A DNA stretch of 64,000 bases, taken from the NCBI GenBank assembly GCA_964199315.1, contig OZ116703.1, positions 682,001 through 746,000 on the forward strand, read 5' to 3'. A program made the position numbers and the translations under genes. Below are positions 37,201 through 49,600 of the stretch, one piece after another (position 1 is the first letter of the stretch; each line of letters starts with the position of its first letter). Under the pieces are notes generated by a model that saw only the letters and a list, made by a program, of their open reading frames with translations, was not told the origin of the DNA and made no database searches. The DNA is from Orbicella franksi (Eukaryota).

Positions 37201-39398
37201 TCAGTGTCCGGCACCGGCGAGTGAACGTCTCCGGGGAAGGCACGGGTCACATCTGGAATGGTGATTTATCCGATAGTGCTCCATTCTTCCTGTATTACTA
37301 AATATAGTTATCTTACCAAAACTCGGCTAACTCTACAATCACTCCAGAACGACCTATGTTGTATTATGCACGTGGAGTTTTCAGTTGGCAATGAAAAATT
37401 CAAAGATAGGCCTCAGTTAAAAAGCCAGAGTTATTGTTTTCCTTATCTTCACAAGTATAAAGCCTGGATGTATTCTTGTTCGCCAGATGCAACTAGGCCT
37501 TGTATCTTGCTTATTATAAGTTGTTATTTGATTTTTGCTTTAATTATTCGGCCTTGAAAAGAAATAGGAAATTTCACGTAGCCTTATGAGAACACTAGAG
37601 AAATTCGGGAGAAACTGAAAGGTTACGTTGCACGAACACTCTCGAATTCTCGTATACGACTTTCTCGAGTGTCAGCGCCAAGCTTCGCAAGCCGCAGGTG
37701 ACCATCATTTATCCTTTTAAAACAAGATACAATAGATTTCCATAACCATATTTATACCTTTTCCAACCTCTTTCACGAGTACTATCAAAGTTTCACGAGT
37801 GTTTCGATAACTCGATAGAAACAAGGATAAGAACAATTACCAGCGAAGCTTATAGTTTTGTTTTTGATACATGAATGGTCTTGCTATAATATGTCTTACT
37901 TCTAGATACAGTGTTCTCTCTCAAGCTGATAATTGAAATAAGGAAAAAATAGCCTTATTTTTAGTTCGGTGACCACGCTGTTTATGTTGATTGAGTGGCT
38001 AAAGCAATTAATGCACCATGAATTCTGTAAAGTACCTACTGTTTAAGTTAATTATAAAACAGCTGAACCATATGAACACCAATTTATTGTAATATGTATC
38101 TAATCACTGAAACGTCTCCAAAGTGAGAAGTGGTCAAACTTGGGCAACCAGTTTACTTAAACAAAACTGGACACAACGCTTAAAAGTGACAACACCGTAA
38201 ATAAGTTTGGAAAGACAACCAGTGTAAAGTGTTAGGTACCAGCAGAATCGTCTTCCATGATTCAATGACAAATACTTTTTACCTTATCATATGCCAACCC
38301 CGCTTTAAGCCACAAGCTTAACTGACAGTGCCACACATATAATCATTTCAGATTTAGTCCTTAATGTTTGGTGGTAGATCGAGAAAATATTGCCCAGTAG
38401 ATAATTTTCAGTATAAGCCTTCTATCATAGTCAAATTTCTGTTTCGACTGAGTATAACATAGAGTGAACAAAACTAAGCTTGGATACTATGTGAACTGTT
38501 ATGGAGAGTTCGGTTGTTTGATTCTTTATGTGATAACACATTTGTGATAAAAACGACGTTTCTCTTTAGACGAGTCACCGACAACTTTTAATTGGAATAG
38601 TTTTGTCATTCTCTGAAAAGGTGATTTCACCCACAGGTTAAGGCATCTCGTTTGGAATTATTGCTAGATAGATCAAAGTCAGTTTGAGACAAGTCAAGGT
38701 GTTTATAAAACTCCACCGAAAATTCCTCCATTACATTTACAATTCAAGTGCACAATGGTGTCTGCTGATTCCCGTGGAGAAATCACAGCGTGACTGGAGA
38801 TAAACCGGACAGTCCTAGGCTAGTGTCAACCTATCTTCCTGATTATAATTCAAAAATGGCAAGTACTACGAATTTGATTTGATGAAGTTTTAGTGTCTCC
38901 TTCGTTTCAAGGTGTTACCAAAGTTTATAATGTTTGACTACTGAGATCGATTTCTGTGCATCAAAGTCACCAATGACAAGGTTTTTATTGTACAAAAAGG
39001 GCTCAGTGTCTTCACGATATCTTTTATATTAGCCTCAAATGAACGAAAATAAAAAGACACCACAATGGTGACTGCGAATAAAGCACCTGCTGTAAAAGCT
39101 GTCTGAGTTACTGTGACACATTTGCTTTGCGGAATGTTAGTGAAAGCCCGTGATACAAACAAAAGTCATGTGTTTAGCACAGTATACTGGTATAATCATG
39201 GATTTAAAGGCTTCGTTTTAAGACCACAACTAATTAACCCAGGAAATCGAAACGACCATCACCTCTTTGGTACCGTAAACATGTCCTTATTTAATCGATT
39301 ATTCAAACCTGATGAACGTCAAAAATACTGGAAAATATCTCACCTCTAGACGCAAGCGTTAATAGAAGAACAGCACATAAATAAATCCAGTACTTCAT
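31281..39398 (-). CDS. Secreted low-complexity protein (>=437 aa): signal peptide, Thr-Pro-X repeat domain, microexons, Gly/Met-rich blocks, basic His-rich C-terminus
   Basis: Exons (minus) 39344-39398 (MKYWIYLCAVLLLTLASR), 36794-37252 (PVTPETPETP...KAPKPPKPPEPPKAPVRKRNNLMK), 34889-34930, 34272-34301, 33518-33556, 32660-32938, 32174-32341 and 31281-31522 (...KRKEIKKHHHKH*). All boundaries are GT-AG and every intron is phase 1, so the join is stop-free. Further microexons may have been missed, and the linkage of the Pro-rich and Gly/Met parts is inferred. Confidence 0.7.
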
Positions 39399-42097
39399 GG
39401 TGTGTCTGTTGATGTAAACAGCAACTTGCATTAATCCACATGAACGTGAAACCGTCCTGTTGACTCGCCATAACAATAAGCCCTCTGGCGTCATTTCGAC
39501 TCATCTTTGATCGTTTCCAACCTCATTTGTTTGAAAATAGGGATCATAGATGCCAGACTTGCAGTAAAAATATTCTCTCGGCGTTTGACGAATACAGCAT
39601 AGGTATTATATCTTATTCCCTTTAAAAACGTATTTTCAAAACATTTGGAATCTAATAATCTTAAAGACAAAACAAATATTCTAAGCATGTAGACTCGATG
39701 TTCAAATTCTATATCATTAACTTAAGAGCATAAGGTTATAGTTTCAAATTCTCTGCGGCCTTACCTTGACTGTGTATCACAAGTTGCGGATTTAAGGCTC
39801 GGGGTCTTCTATCTTGCAAGGAAACAGTGATCCACAGGAGCGAGAGATAGCATAAGTAATTCAACACGTGTGTTCATTTATTATTATAGAATAGGTCAAC
39901 AATGTGCCAAAAACATTAATTACTTAATGGCACGGAATTGCATCAGTTGTGCTGACTTGCCAGAAAAATAACTTCTAAATTCAAGTTTCCAAATGTTTCT
40001 AGAAAATGCTCTTTACCTTCTTTTTTTTTCCTTCGCGCTTTTCGTCACTGAATTAGAAAGGTATTCCCTGGACTGGCTCAGAAGCGGATTTCATTTACTT
40101 TGTTCGTGGACTAAATTTTTTACACCCTCGCTGGTGGAACTATTATTTAGCACGCATAAATTACAGGTTGGTTTTCTAGTTCACTGAACCCGCACGGTAA
40201 TGGGAGGAAACTTCAACATGTAGAATCTGCTAGCGACTCGACAACGGGTTTGCCATTGTTTCATGTGTTTTATTTTGTCTTCTTTTTGAGAGAAAACATC
40301 ATTCAATGCAGGATTTTATTACTTCTTAAACAGTTAAACCCAGCTCTGTGTGAAAAACATAGTTCTCCTCATAATTGTTACGGGGAAGTCATTATGAAAT
40401 GATTAAGTGGTAATTAATCACGGGTTTTCAACCAAACAAAATTTCACACACTAAGGTGTAATTTTAATTTAAAAATTTCAGGGAATCAATGGAGTTACAA
40501 GGTTTTGACCGTTATTTATTCATGTTTCCTATAGAATTGGCTTATAATAGGTTCCAAAGGCGTCATTTCCTGCTCAGATGTATATCGCGTTTTAAATCAA
40601 GATCATTGACGGTGTCGGTTAAACCGGGTGATGGAAGATTTTGCAGGTGTGCTAAATCAGCAGTGAAATTATATAAGGTTTTAATAAAAAATAATCATCT
40701 GATAAATGTTATAGTACTTTTATCCTGTAATATTTAGTAAATCTCTTTTCGTTCCTAGGGTGTTTCAGAAATTTGTTTAAATCATGTTGATCGAAGGGAA
40801 ATCATCAGATTAAATGATGGCCAGAATTTATTTCAATAGAAGACGTTTTTCAGCCTTAGGAAAGGCTGTATTGTTGAGAACGAAACGTTTGTCAACATTT
40901 ATGACTCCAAACCGTCTTACACATTCAGTTTAAACAGACCAAATATCTCAATATCAAATATCAAACGCGGACGAATGGAACAAGAGATGATGATTCTCAC
41001 TTGGGTGATTTTAATAAGGAGATTTATTAATTGCATTTTCAATAACATGGAAAGAATAATAGCTGAACTTTGATTGCCGAGATTCATCTTACAAGTGCGT
41101 CTTAGAAGCGCAAACTGTCATTTTTTCTTTGTTAAGCTGGACTGGTACACGGACAGGCCGTTTACCTTGAGATAAAATTAAGTTTTGAATTCTAAAGAAC
41201 AAATTAAACAGTCATACTAAAGTCAAAGTTTGGTTTTCAGTATTTTATTAATGTCAATGATTACAATTTCCATCTACAAAACATAAATATCGAGCTATAA
41301 TAATTTACACCATTAAATGAGATAAATATAAAAATAATACAAAATATGATATAGTACAAGTGGTGTTTTTCCTCTCAATCAACCTCCCTAATAATACAAA
41401 GACTAATAAACTCAGCGGGCGGTCAATGAAATTTTTACTTTTCTGCAATACAAAAGTGATTTTAATATTTTTTGCATTTAAAAACGTAGATTGGTCATTC
41501 TTATCATCATTGCTTAAAGTGAAATGGATGTCCCCTGGAAAAGTTCATCATTTAGGAACAAGGGACATTTTTATTGTAATCTAAATCCATCTAAATCTCC
41601 CTCTTCATAAATCGAGTAGAGGAGACTTCCGAGTCATGTAACGTGGCTTATTTTTAAGTATGGGTATGATTTTTTTAATATAATGTTTTATTATGTTTTA
41701 TAGTGCAATGATTGAATTGGAAGCTATGTAGCATTATTTTAATGTGGTGCTGTTTGTTTCTACTTTGTTTTACAAGTAAGTCATTTATCTAACCGTAAGC
41801 GTTAAGAGGGCGAAAGAGGTGAGATGCACGTACCACCTTTGAAAATATTCAACCCAGAAAAGTTCTTGACGTGAAAGTATGACTTCTGGTCATCAAGGCA
41901 TGGTTATTTCATGAAACGCCACAACGTGCTACAACGTTAACACAATTTCTCTTGCAAGGGGATCGGAATCAAGATCCCCAGGATTGTACTAGCGAAGCAA
42001 TGATGGATAAGTCACATCCTAGGAGAACTAAATAAAAATTAGGGTACAGAAATACTGTGGATAAATATTATCAAAGAAACAATTTGACCAAAACATG

Positions 42098-45000
42098 TTA
42101 TGAAGTCAATGAAATTGTACAAGGATCACTGAATGGGCCTGCTCGTTCTTGGTCATCTACCGCTCTAACGGCAAAATGATACTTATTCCCAGTAGAGAAC
42201 TGTGACAGCGTACACGCCATAGGAAGTGGCAGCGCTTTCACAATACCTATTTTTTTCCACATAATTGGTGGAGTTGTACTTTCTGCGCCATCTTGACAAG
42301 CAAACAATTCATAATTATCAATTTTTGCCATTGTCTCGTCTAGTGTCATGTTCCATGAGAGAACAATACCGTCCTGAACCACCACAATGGATGCTGAGGG
42401 TTTTGGAGGCGTCCTTAACTGCACCCCAGGATGGTCGTTTCTTGCACCATTCACATCCGAATGGTTCGCAGTACCACGCGTATCTTGTGCAGCACTAGGC
42501 TCAGGACGAAATCCTGATGGGGACGCTGTGGAAGAGATACCAGGAGATTGAACTGGCGGACAAGGTTGATTTCTTATGATACCTGGAGGCGCCGGAGCAA
42601 TATGTTGAAATTGTGTAGTTCTGTGAGATGAAGGAGCATGTGTAATCTGGATTGGACCTCTTTGGTGTTGCGGATGTTGGTGCTGCTGCTGCTGCTGCTG
42701 TTGTTGTTGTTGTGGTTGGTGTTGCTGTTGTTGTGGTTGCGGTTGATGGTGCTGCTGTTGCTGTCGTTGTTTTTGTTGTTGTTGTTGCTGTTGTTGTTGC
42801 TGTTGTGACACCTGATACTCTCTGACAACGTATACTGTGCCATTAGGTTCGACAGGCTGACCATTGGCAGGCGCTGGCTGCACGTGCTGGTGAGGGTGAG
42901 ATGACATGACTCTTGGGCCATATTCAGTGCTTGATCGTCGTTGTCTAGTTGAAGGATAAAACACCCTCTCAACTAACTGACCGTGAGGATGTCCTAGTGG
43001 GTGGCTTGGAGCATTAGCTACTCCGTGGAGTGACTGAGGTTCAGAATAAACAACGGGCTGGGTGTTTGCAGAGCCTTGATGCAAATTTGTCCGTGGTATT
43101 GGATGGAATGACTTTGGTGTTGGCTGGACAACGGGTTGACAGTTTGAAGGAGTTTGAGTAAAATGAGGTACCGGTGACTGGTTGGATAGACTTCGGGTTG
43201 GATTGTAAACGGGTTGAAGGTTTGAAGAACCTTGATGCAAATGAGGCTGGGGTATCTGGTTGGGTGGAATGTGGGTTGGATTGACAGCAGCATGAACATT
43301 TGAAGAACCTTGATTAAGATGAGGCTCAGGCATCTGATTGAGCGAAATGTGGGTTGGATTGGCAGTAGCCTGAAGGTTTGAAGAACCTTGATTCAACTGT
43401 GGCCCCGGTTGCTGGTTTGATGGGCTCACCATGTACACTGCTTGGTTTCCTCTTGACGGTCCAGAGGCTGGTGCAGATGCTTTAAGACGTTTCCGTAGGC
43501 TGTCTATAGCACTGGGTTTCTTTTGTATCTTAAAGTTATGCATAATGTAATTGCTGTTACTGGACACCACATGAAGACCATCCGAACCCGATCGTGTATC
43601 AACCCTTTTACGTTTGTTTGGTGGTAAAAGTGACACATTGGGAGGACCACGTCTTACCAAAACATAGGAATGTGAAGAAACAGCGTCAGCTTGGGTAGGT
43701 TGTGTGATTTGTACCTGATTACTGGATTCTTGTGGTTGCGAGGATATCCACTGCGACTGTGGTGAAGTTTGTCCTTGAGCATGACCTGCTATGTTTTGAT
43801 CAGAAGCTGATAGCTCTTGTGTCTGTTGACTTGTGAGTCTGATAGATGGTCGCTTGAGCGTTTGAGGGTTTGGAGACATCTCACGCCTTGCTGGGGGTTG
43901 AGTCATCTGCCCTTGCAATTGGCGTGGTGCTTCAATGCGAACCTCAGGTGAATGCCTGTGGGCTGATTCGCTCTCGCGCATGAGTAGTTCTTGCACTTCT
44001 GACGTTTTTCCTTGTCCTTGAGAAGGTGAAGAAGCTGGTGGTCCTCTGCCATCTTGCTCCAATGACCTTCTGGTATCGTACGAAGTAGCGGCTGGGCTCT
44101 GTCTTGTTATGACCTCTTTGTGGTCCTTGCGATGCGGTCTTGATTCCGAAGCTATTTGTCTCGGTTCGTTACACTTAATTTGTCCAATTGTTTTCAAATT
44201 CTCATTGCTCGTTTCGAGCTGGTTAGAAGAGATGGTCTTCTTGGGCATAGACACGTACGTCAACTGTTTAGCAATCTCAGGAGACCCTGGCCGTTCTTGT
44301 ACCTAAAGAATATGAAAATAATAAAAGTAAAAAGTCTCATTAGTTACCACTTCTTACAAAGGTCTGGAAAACATAACGATAGAGATCAACATACCCAAAT
44401 GCATTCAGCGAGAAATTGCAAATGTTTTGCAATAATTTGTGAACAGGAAAAAACACAGGAAGCACAATGAAATGGAGAATATTACCAAATCCTCAATACA
44501 AAACAAAGAAAGATAGCGATAAAGATTATACCACATCAATATCAACTTGGGTTCCACAGGAAATCATCTGAACCTTTTCCTATTGAGAAAAAAACGTATT
44601 TGTAAACAATTAACATTGCATGTAGATAAACGTCATCAATCATAGAAACGATTATTCATGTTCAGTGAAGACAAACAAGGTTAAAGTATTATTTTCACTA
44701 CAACGCGACGCAAACGACAAGCATTGCTGATTTTTTTAGAATATGTAATAAAGTTGACTGTCACTGGTGGCACACCTTTTCATGTTCTGAAGAGATTTCC
44801 TGCAAAGCTAGTTGAAGTCGTTTCGCGTCCCATTGCAACGTCTTCTTTTCCTCTTCCAAAGCAAGGACCTGTTTTTCCAAAGCTTTTACATCTTCCATTA
44901 ACCTCTTTTCCATTTCAAAGGTTCGCTTAACGATCACTTCTTTGAGCATCTATACAAAAAAAAATATAACACCTTTGAATGTTTATGATTCCAGGTTCAC

Positions 45001-46662
45001 AGTCTGAAAGTAATCCCAAACGCAAACAGTTGCATGTATTATTTCAGTATGAGGTGTCAATGAGACAAAGCACTTCATTTCAGCATTCGTAAGACCAAAC
45101 CTGACGAAAGACGTCAATATCCATCCTTATTTCTCTCTCTTTCACTGTTTCGCTCTTTCTTACTGTTGTCACATTGTTTTCAGTTTCATTTTGTGTTGAC
45201 AGCACTCTCGATGCTCCATTCGTATCTACAACGACGTTCAAACGAAAGTCATTTTAGTAACACATAAGTTAGAATTACGGGTTTTAAGGGTTTTGAACTG
45301 TTCATGCGCCATGCCAATTAATCCTGAAGCAAGGCGTAAACACTAACGAAAGAATTCAAGAATAATCAGCTGGATCTAGGTTAAACCGTAAATACACTTA
45401 ACTACAGCGTATCTTCCCTGACGTTGTCGGGCGCTTAATTCATATCGAAATGAAAGTGGCACGGTACTCCGAGGTTAAATTAAAATGCGAGTCCTCAACA
45501 CTCTGGAAAGGTCCGTCATCGTTTGATTGTTTTTCTTACTCCATGTTTGAACGTTTCTCTCGGTTTGAATAAACTTTGAGGTGAAGGTTAAGTCTGCGCA
45601 CGAGCCTAGTGGCCAATCACGACGGAGCTTATCCCGGTTTCTTTAGCATGAAGCGACTAGGAGTATTTCTACTGTCCCCTGGGTGGAATGCTAGTCCATC
45701 GCAGGATTACCCTCAGCACTAAGTTCGCCGGTACCCATTTATACACCTGGGTGGAAAGAGGCACTTTGAGGAGTGCATAAAACATCTTAAGATGATCTGC
45801 ACATGAAAACTGATTGGAGCGGTTTTCACTTGACTGTCGAAAACAAATACGTATTGTAAATACAGTAAAACCAAAACAAACCATAATACACTCCCACACG
45901 TTTTCCCGAGCTTCACGTTGGTTTCATGTATTTGCTTGGAGTTTTGATTCGTTCAATGGAGTGTCTGGGTCCCTCGTAATTGGCCAGAGTGATTTCTTTG
46001 GTTTTGGTTTTACGACACTCCATAGGTGATTTGCACGATGGCGTCATTTGACTACAACTACCAGAATCCTTCTCTTTTTCTGTTTCTTATGTTAATTAGG
46101 GCAATTGTTATATAAACCCCACTGGGGCCTCAAAATTTAAATAATAAAGAAAATATGAAATGAATTCTGGTAGTTGTAGTCAATAGGCTACTTTCGATAT
46201 ATTAAAATTCAGCTTGATAGTGATGTCTAGAGAACGCATATAAAAGAAATGAACAAACAGGCTCATTCAATTTCTTTTGTTTGTGTCCTTTAGGCCTCGC
46301 TCTCAAGCTGAATTTTAATATTTCGAAAGTAGCCTATTGACGCTATCGTGTAAATCTGCTATTGAAAACCACTTTAATATGCAAAGCACCAGCTTTGAAA
46401 TTTCGACGCTAATAGTACAGCTAAGTGGGTGCTGCCTTTACGCATTTTCAAATTAATACATTTTATGTTATGTGTTACCTGTCGAGCTTCCGCTGCCAGA
46501 ATTCGCTTCGTTTTCCTTACTCGGCTTTGTGCTTCTTTCTAATTTTTCTGTGTTTGTCTCCCCGTTCTTTTCAGACCCGCCCTTTCTTTGAGCAACGTTT
46601 CTCTTAGCAACAGAAGACGCAAGTCGCCTTAAACGGCTTAGAACTTCCGGAGTGACGTTCAT
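42098..46662 (-). CDS. ATF7IP: ATF7IP/MCAF1 (Windei) ortholog-like protein (~895 aa)
   Basis: Exons (minus) 46479-46662, 45101-45225, 44776-44949 (coiled coil MEKRLMEDVKALEKQVLALEEEKKTLQWDAKRLQLALQEI) and 42098-44302 have consistent phases; the start is caaaATG with an upstream in-frame stop. The C-terminal FN3 GIVLSWN..IDNYELFA..WKKIGIVKALPLPMACTLSQFSTGNKYHFAVRAVD..R.GPFSDP closely follows the ATF7IP consensus. Confidence 0.88.
42663..42806 (-). repeat. Coding poly-Gln/His tract (CAG/CAA mix)
   Basis: QQQQQQQQQQKQRQQQQHHQPQPQQQQHQPQQQQQQQQQQHQHPQHQ in the ATF7IP terminal exon. Confidence 0.95.
43022..43400 (-). repeat. Five 26-aa (78-bp) coding tandem repeats in ATF7IP
   Basis: QLNQGSSNLQATANPTHISLNQMPEP / HLNQGSSNVHAAVNPTHIPPNQIPQP / HLHQGSSNLQPVYNPTRSLSNQSPVP / HFTQTPSNCQPVVQPTPKSFHPIPRT / NLHQGSANTQPVVYSEP. 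Confidence 0.9.
45584..45772 (-). mobile_element. 5'-truncated SINE copy in an ATF7IP intron
   Basis: Closely similar to the 3' two thirds of the 19447-19743 copy (agcatgaagcgactaggagtatttcta...ggtacccatttatacacctggg). Confidence 0.85.
46041..46343. mobile_element. MITE (46181-46339) inserted into the right TIR of another MITE
   Basis: The outer left TIR is gcgtcatttgactacaactaccagaat. The outer right TIR attctggtagttgtagtc...gacgc is split by an inner element with TIRs caataggctactttcgatatattaaaattcagcttga / tcaagctgaattttaatatttcgaaagtagcctattg. Confidence 0.8.
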
Positions 46663-49600
46663 TTTGCCCCACAATTCTCTTCCAGTATGATCAGTATATC
46701 CTTTAACAGGCGTGAATTTGCATCATCTGCAACAGTTAAGAACAAATTAAAGCGAGAAAATTCAAATTTGTGCCACTGCAATCAAAATGTACCGACACTG
46801 TTTTCCTATCTGGTGTTTGCTTTAACGGTGAAATCGATTTGTTTGTTTCTGTTTTTATTCATTTTTCCGATACTCTTATTTAACACTTTTTTCCTTTTCA
46901 TTGCATTAATACAGTTTATTACATCACGCACACTACATACATGCGCTACATCCATGCACTATACCAACTTATTGATAGTGAGGTCTAGAGAACCTTACAT
47001 TGTTTATTTGCACACGCTTTTAAGCCTACTATTTCCTAATTTATTTTATTAATGAATTGAAGAAGTTCACATACACACTCTACATCATCACAAGACGAGT
47101 TTCACAAACGGTAGGCTATCTTGCTTTGTTTTCTTACATTTTAATGCTTACTATTTCCTAATTTATTTAACTATTAATGAAGTAGCACACGTACGCACTC
47201 TCTAAAGAAACATTTGCAGACGACAGGTGGAACGAAAAAGATAGTAGGTTATCTGTTTACTCGAAACCAAACATTGTAGAAAAGCAGTGGTTATGTTTAT
47301 TTATTCTCCAGAACTGTAAGCCAGTTATCAGAAGTTCAGTTTAGATTTCAGAGAGCCTCGGCTCGAAGGCGCAACAAAATAATTCAAATCGTTAGATTCC
47401 TTGTCGGCCTTACTCAGCCGACCGTGTAATGTTAGCCTGTTTGTGAACCGGTTTTTCAACGACAAAAACACTCCCGAAACAGATTATAACTACACGTAAA
47501 ATTCTGGTAATTTAAATACGCAAAATTGTTACTCTTGTTCTCAAAAAGGTGAACTTTTTATACCCAATTTAAAAATTTTGAGGTAGGCCATAATGACATT
47601 TCTTTTCCCTAATAAGTGTGTTTGTTGGGTTTGCTCCGAACAAATATGGCGCCAGAAGCCATAAAGTCTGTAGCCTAGGTGATATGACCAATTTGACGAT
47701 ATTTGGTTCAACAGGCAATGAGGAGCAATCCACTTGGTAGTCTATTTAGATTGTCATTTGCTACAAGTTACCTTTGGCTTGATAAAACTGCCTTCATTTG
47801 CATTTATTATCATGCAGTGAACTGTAAAAATGAGTCTTTTGTTAGTAACAAAAATTGATAACATTCAATGTTACATGAAATGGTTAACATACTTTTCATT
47901 TCAGCTGAAGACCGTGACTCGTACGGCAGGCCAGCGTATCGACAGAGAATTTTGCAACTGAGCTGTAATCTGCTACAACTGCCACGTATGAGTTGACGAA
48001 AACAGGAACCAAACGTCACAATCAAAACAAAGGATTTGAATTGAATTGGCAAATTGATAACCATAGCTACTGTCAGTGGTTTATGCCCTAAAACATGGAC
48101 AGCTGAATCGCACCTGTCTTAAACGAAAATAAACTCAAGAACCCAATATATGAAATATAAAGGAAATGCTGTATAAGGAAGAAATTTAAGTATCTCACAC
48201 TTGTCTAGCGCTTGGTGCCAGCTTCCTGTAAGATATTGCACTCTATTCGTGTTTACGTAAAAAAGGCTCCCATTATATTTGCATAACTCTTTCCATTGCC
48301 GCGCGTTTGAGAGACTAGACGAGCCAGTATGGAACAACTTGGGCAACTGATGTTTAGATCTGTGGTTATGAGAACCTAAATTTTTATTGAAAAACGTTAA
48401 CAACTAGAGTTCTGAGCGACATACGCATGTCTGTTCTCACAGTGGGCCGTGTACCCGTCTGAATGCTCACCAACTCAGGAACGCATAATCACTGACACAC
48501 GCCAAACATAAGAAAACATTTACTGCTCAGGATCGCTCAGGCAAAACAGCGGTCTCTGGAACGAAATGCTGTCCATTTTACCCATAGCGTGCAATGTCAC
48601 TGACACTAACGATGTGAATACACGACATGCGTAGTTTATTGACATCTTTTATGTTTCTGCTCGCTTTGTAAAACTTTACAGCCTCATCTAAAAGAGGTAC
48701 ATCTTCCTAAAGCTTCCTTGGTCTCACAGGCTCTAACTGTTTTTTTTATAAGTTGCTGTTCATAAGTAGCTAAAAGAAATTCCTTCTCAGCAAGTTCATT
48801 AGTCGATACGAATATACAACTAGTCACTGGACTGTGACCAACATTGACATACGGGCAAATTCATGCATCTTAAAATCAGTTTATGAAGAACACACAGATT
48901 TTAGGAAAACCTGTATCCCAAAACGACACTCACCTTTGTTGGTTTACTTTCAATACTAACGCTCTGACTCTTAAGTATAGGTTAAAATAACGAGGAAAAC
49001 GCAGCTGGCCGTTACTTGACAATAAGTCGGTAACACAGTCTGTATGGTAATTTCGGTTGACATGTTAATTTATTCAACTTTTTCATGCATTGTGTTGATA
49101 AGCTTTGGTTTTGTAACCGCACGGCACAATATCAACTACTTACTTTGTTGCAAAATGCTTCCTTTTGTTCTGCGTCACCATTAGTTTTCATTTATACATC
49201 GCGCAATTCAGTATAGTGGATGGTGCACACAATACGTTTTCCCCGGGCTTCCTAAATTTGCGATTTTTTTTGACCCAAACAACAAAGTTAATCAGTTGTT
49301 AAAGATTTAATAACGAAAACACTGTCGTTGCAAACCATATAAGGTCATGAGACTAAAAAGGACTGACTGCCTATACATAGCTAGGACAAATAAAAGAGCA
49401 GCAAAATTGTTGAAGATTTCCAACATATGCCACGATGAACAAGCAATATGCAAAGGAAGACAGCCAAAATGCCTTGGCAAGTAAAAAGCTATCCCCTGAG
49501 CAAGCACGATTTAGGAATATAAAGTACAGACAAGTGAAAGAAAGGTCGGTTGTTAACGTAAATAGGCACCCACATTTAAAGTTCATTTTACTTAAGGTTG

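Noticed and set aside
47025-47210. Imperfect ~130-bp tandem duplication (ctactatttcctaatttattt...) upstream of the ATF7IP start exon
   Set aside because: An ordinary AT-rich intronic duplication with no sign of function.
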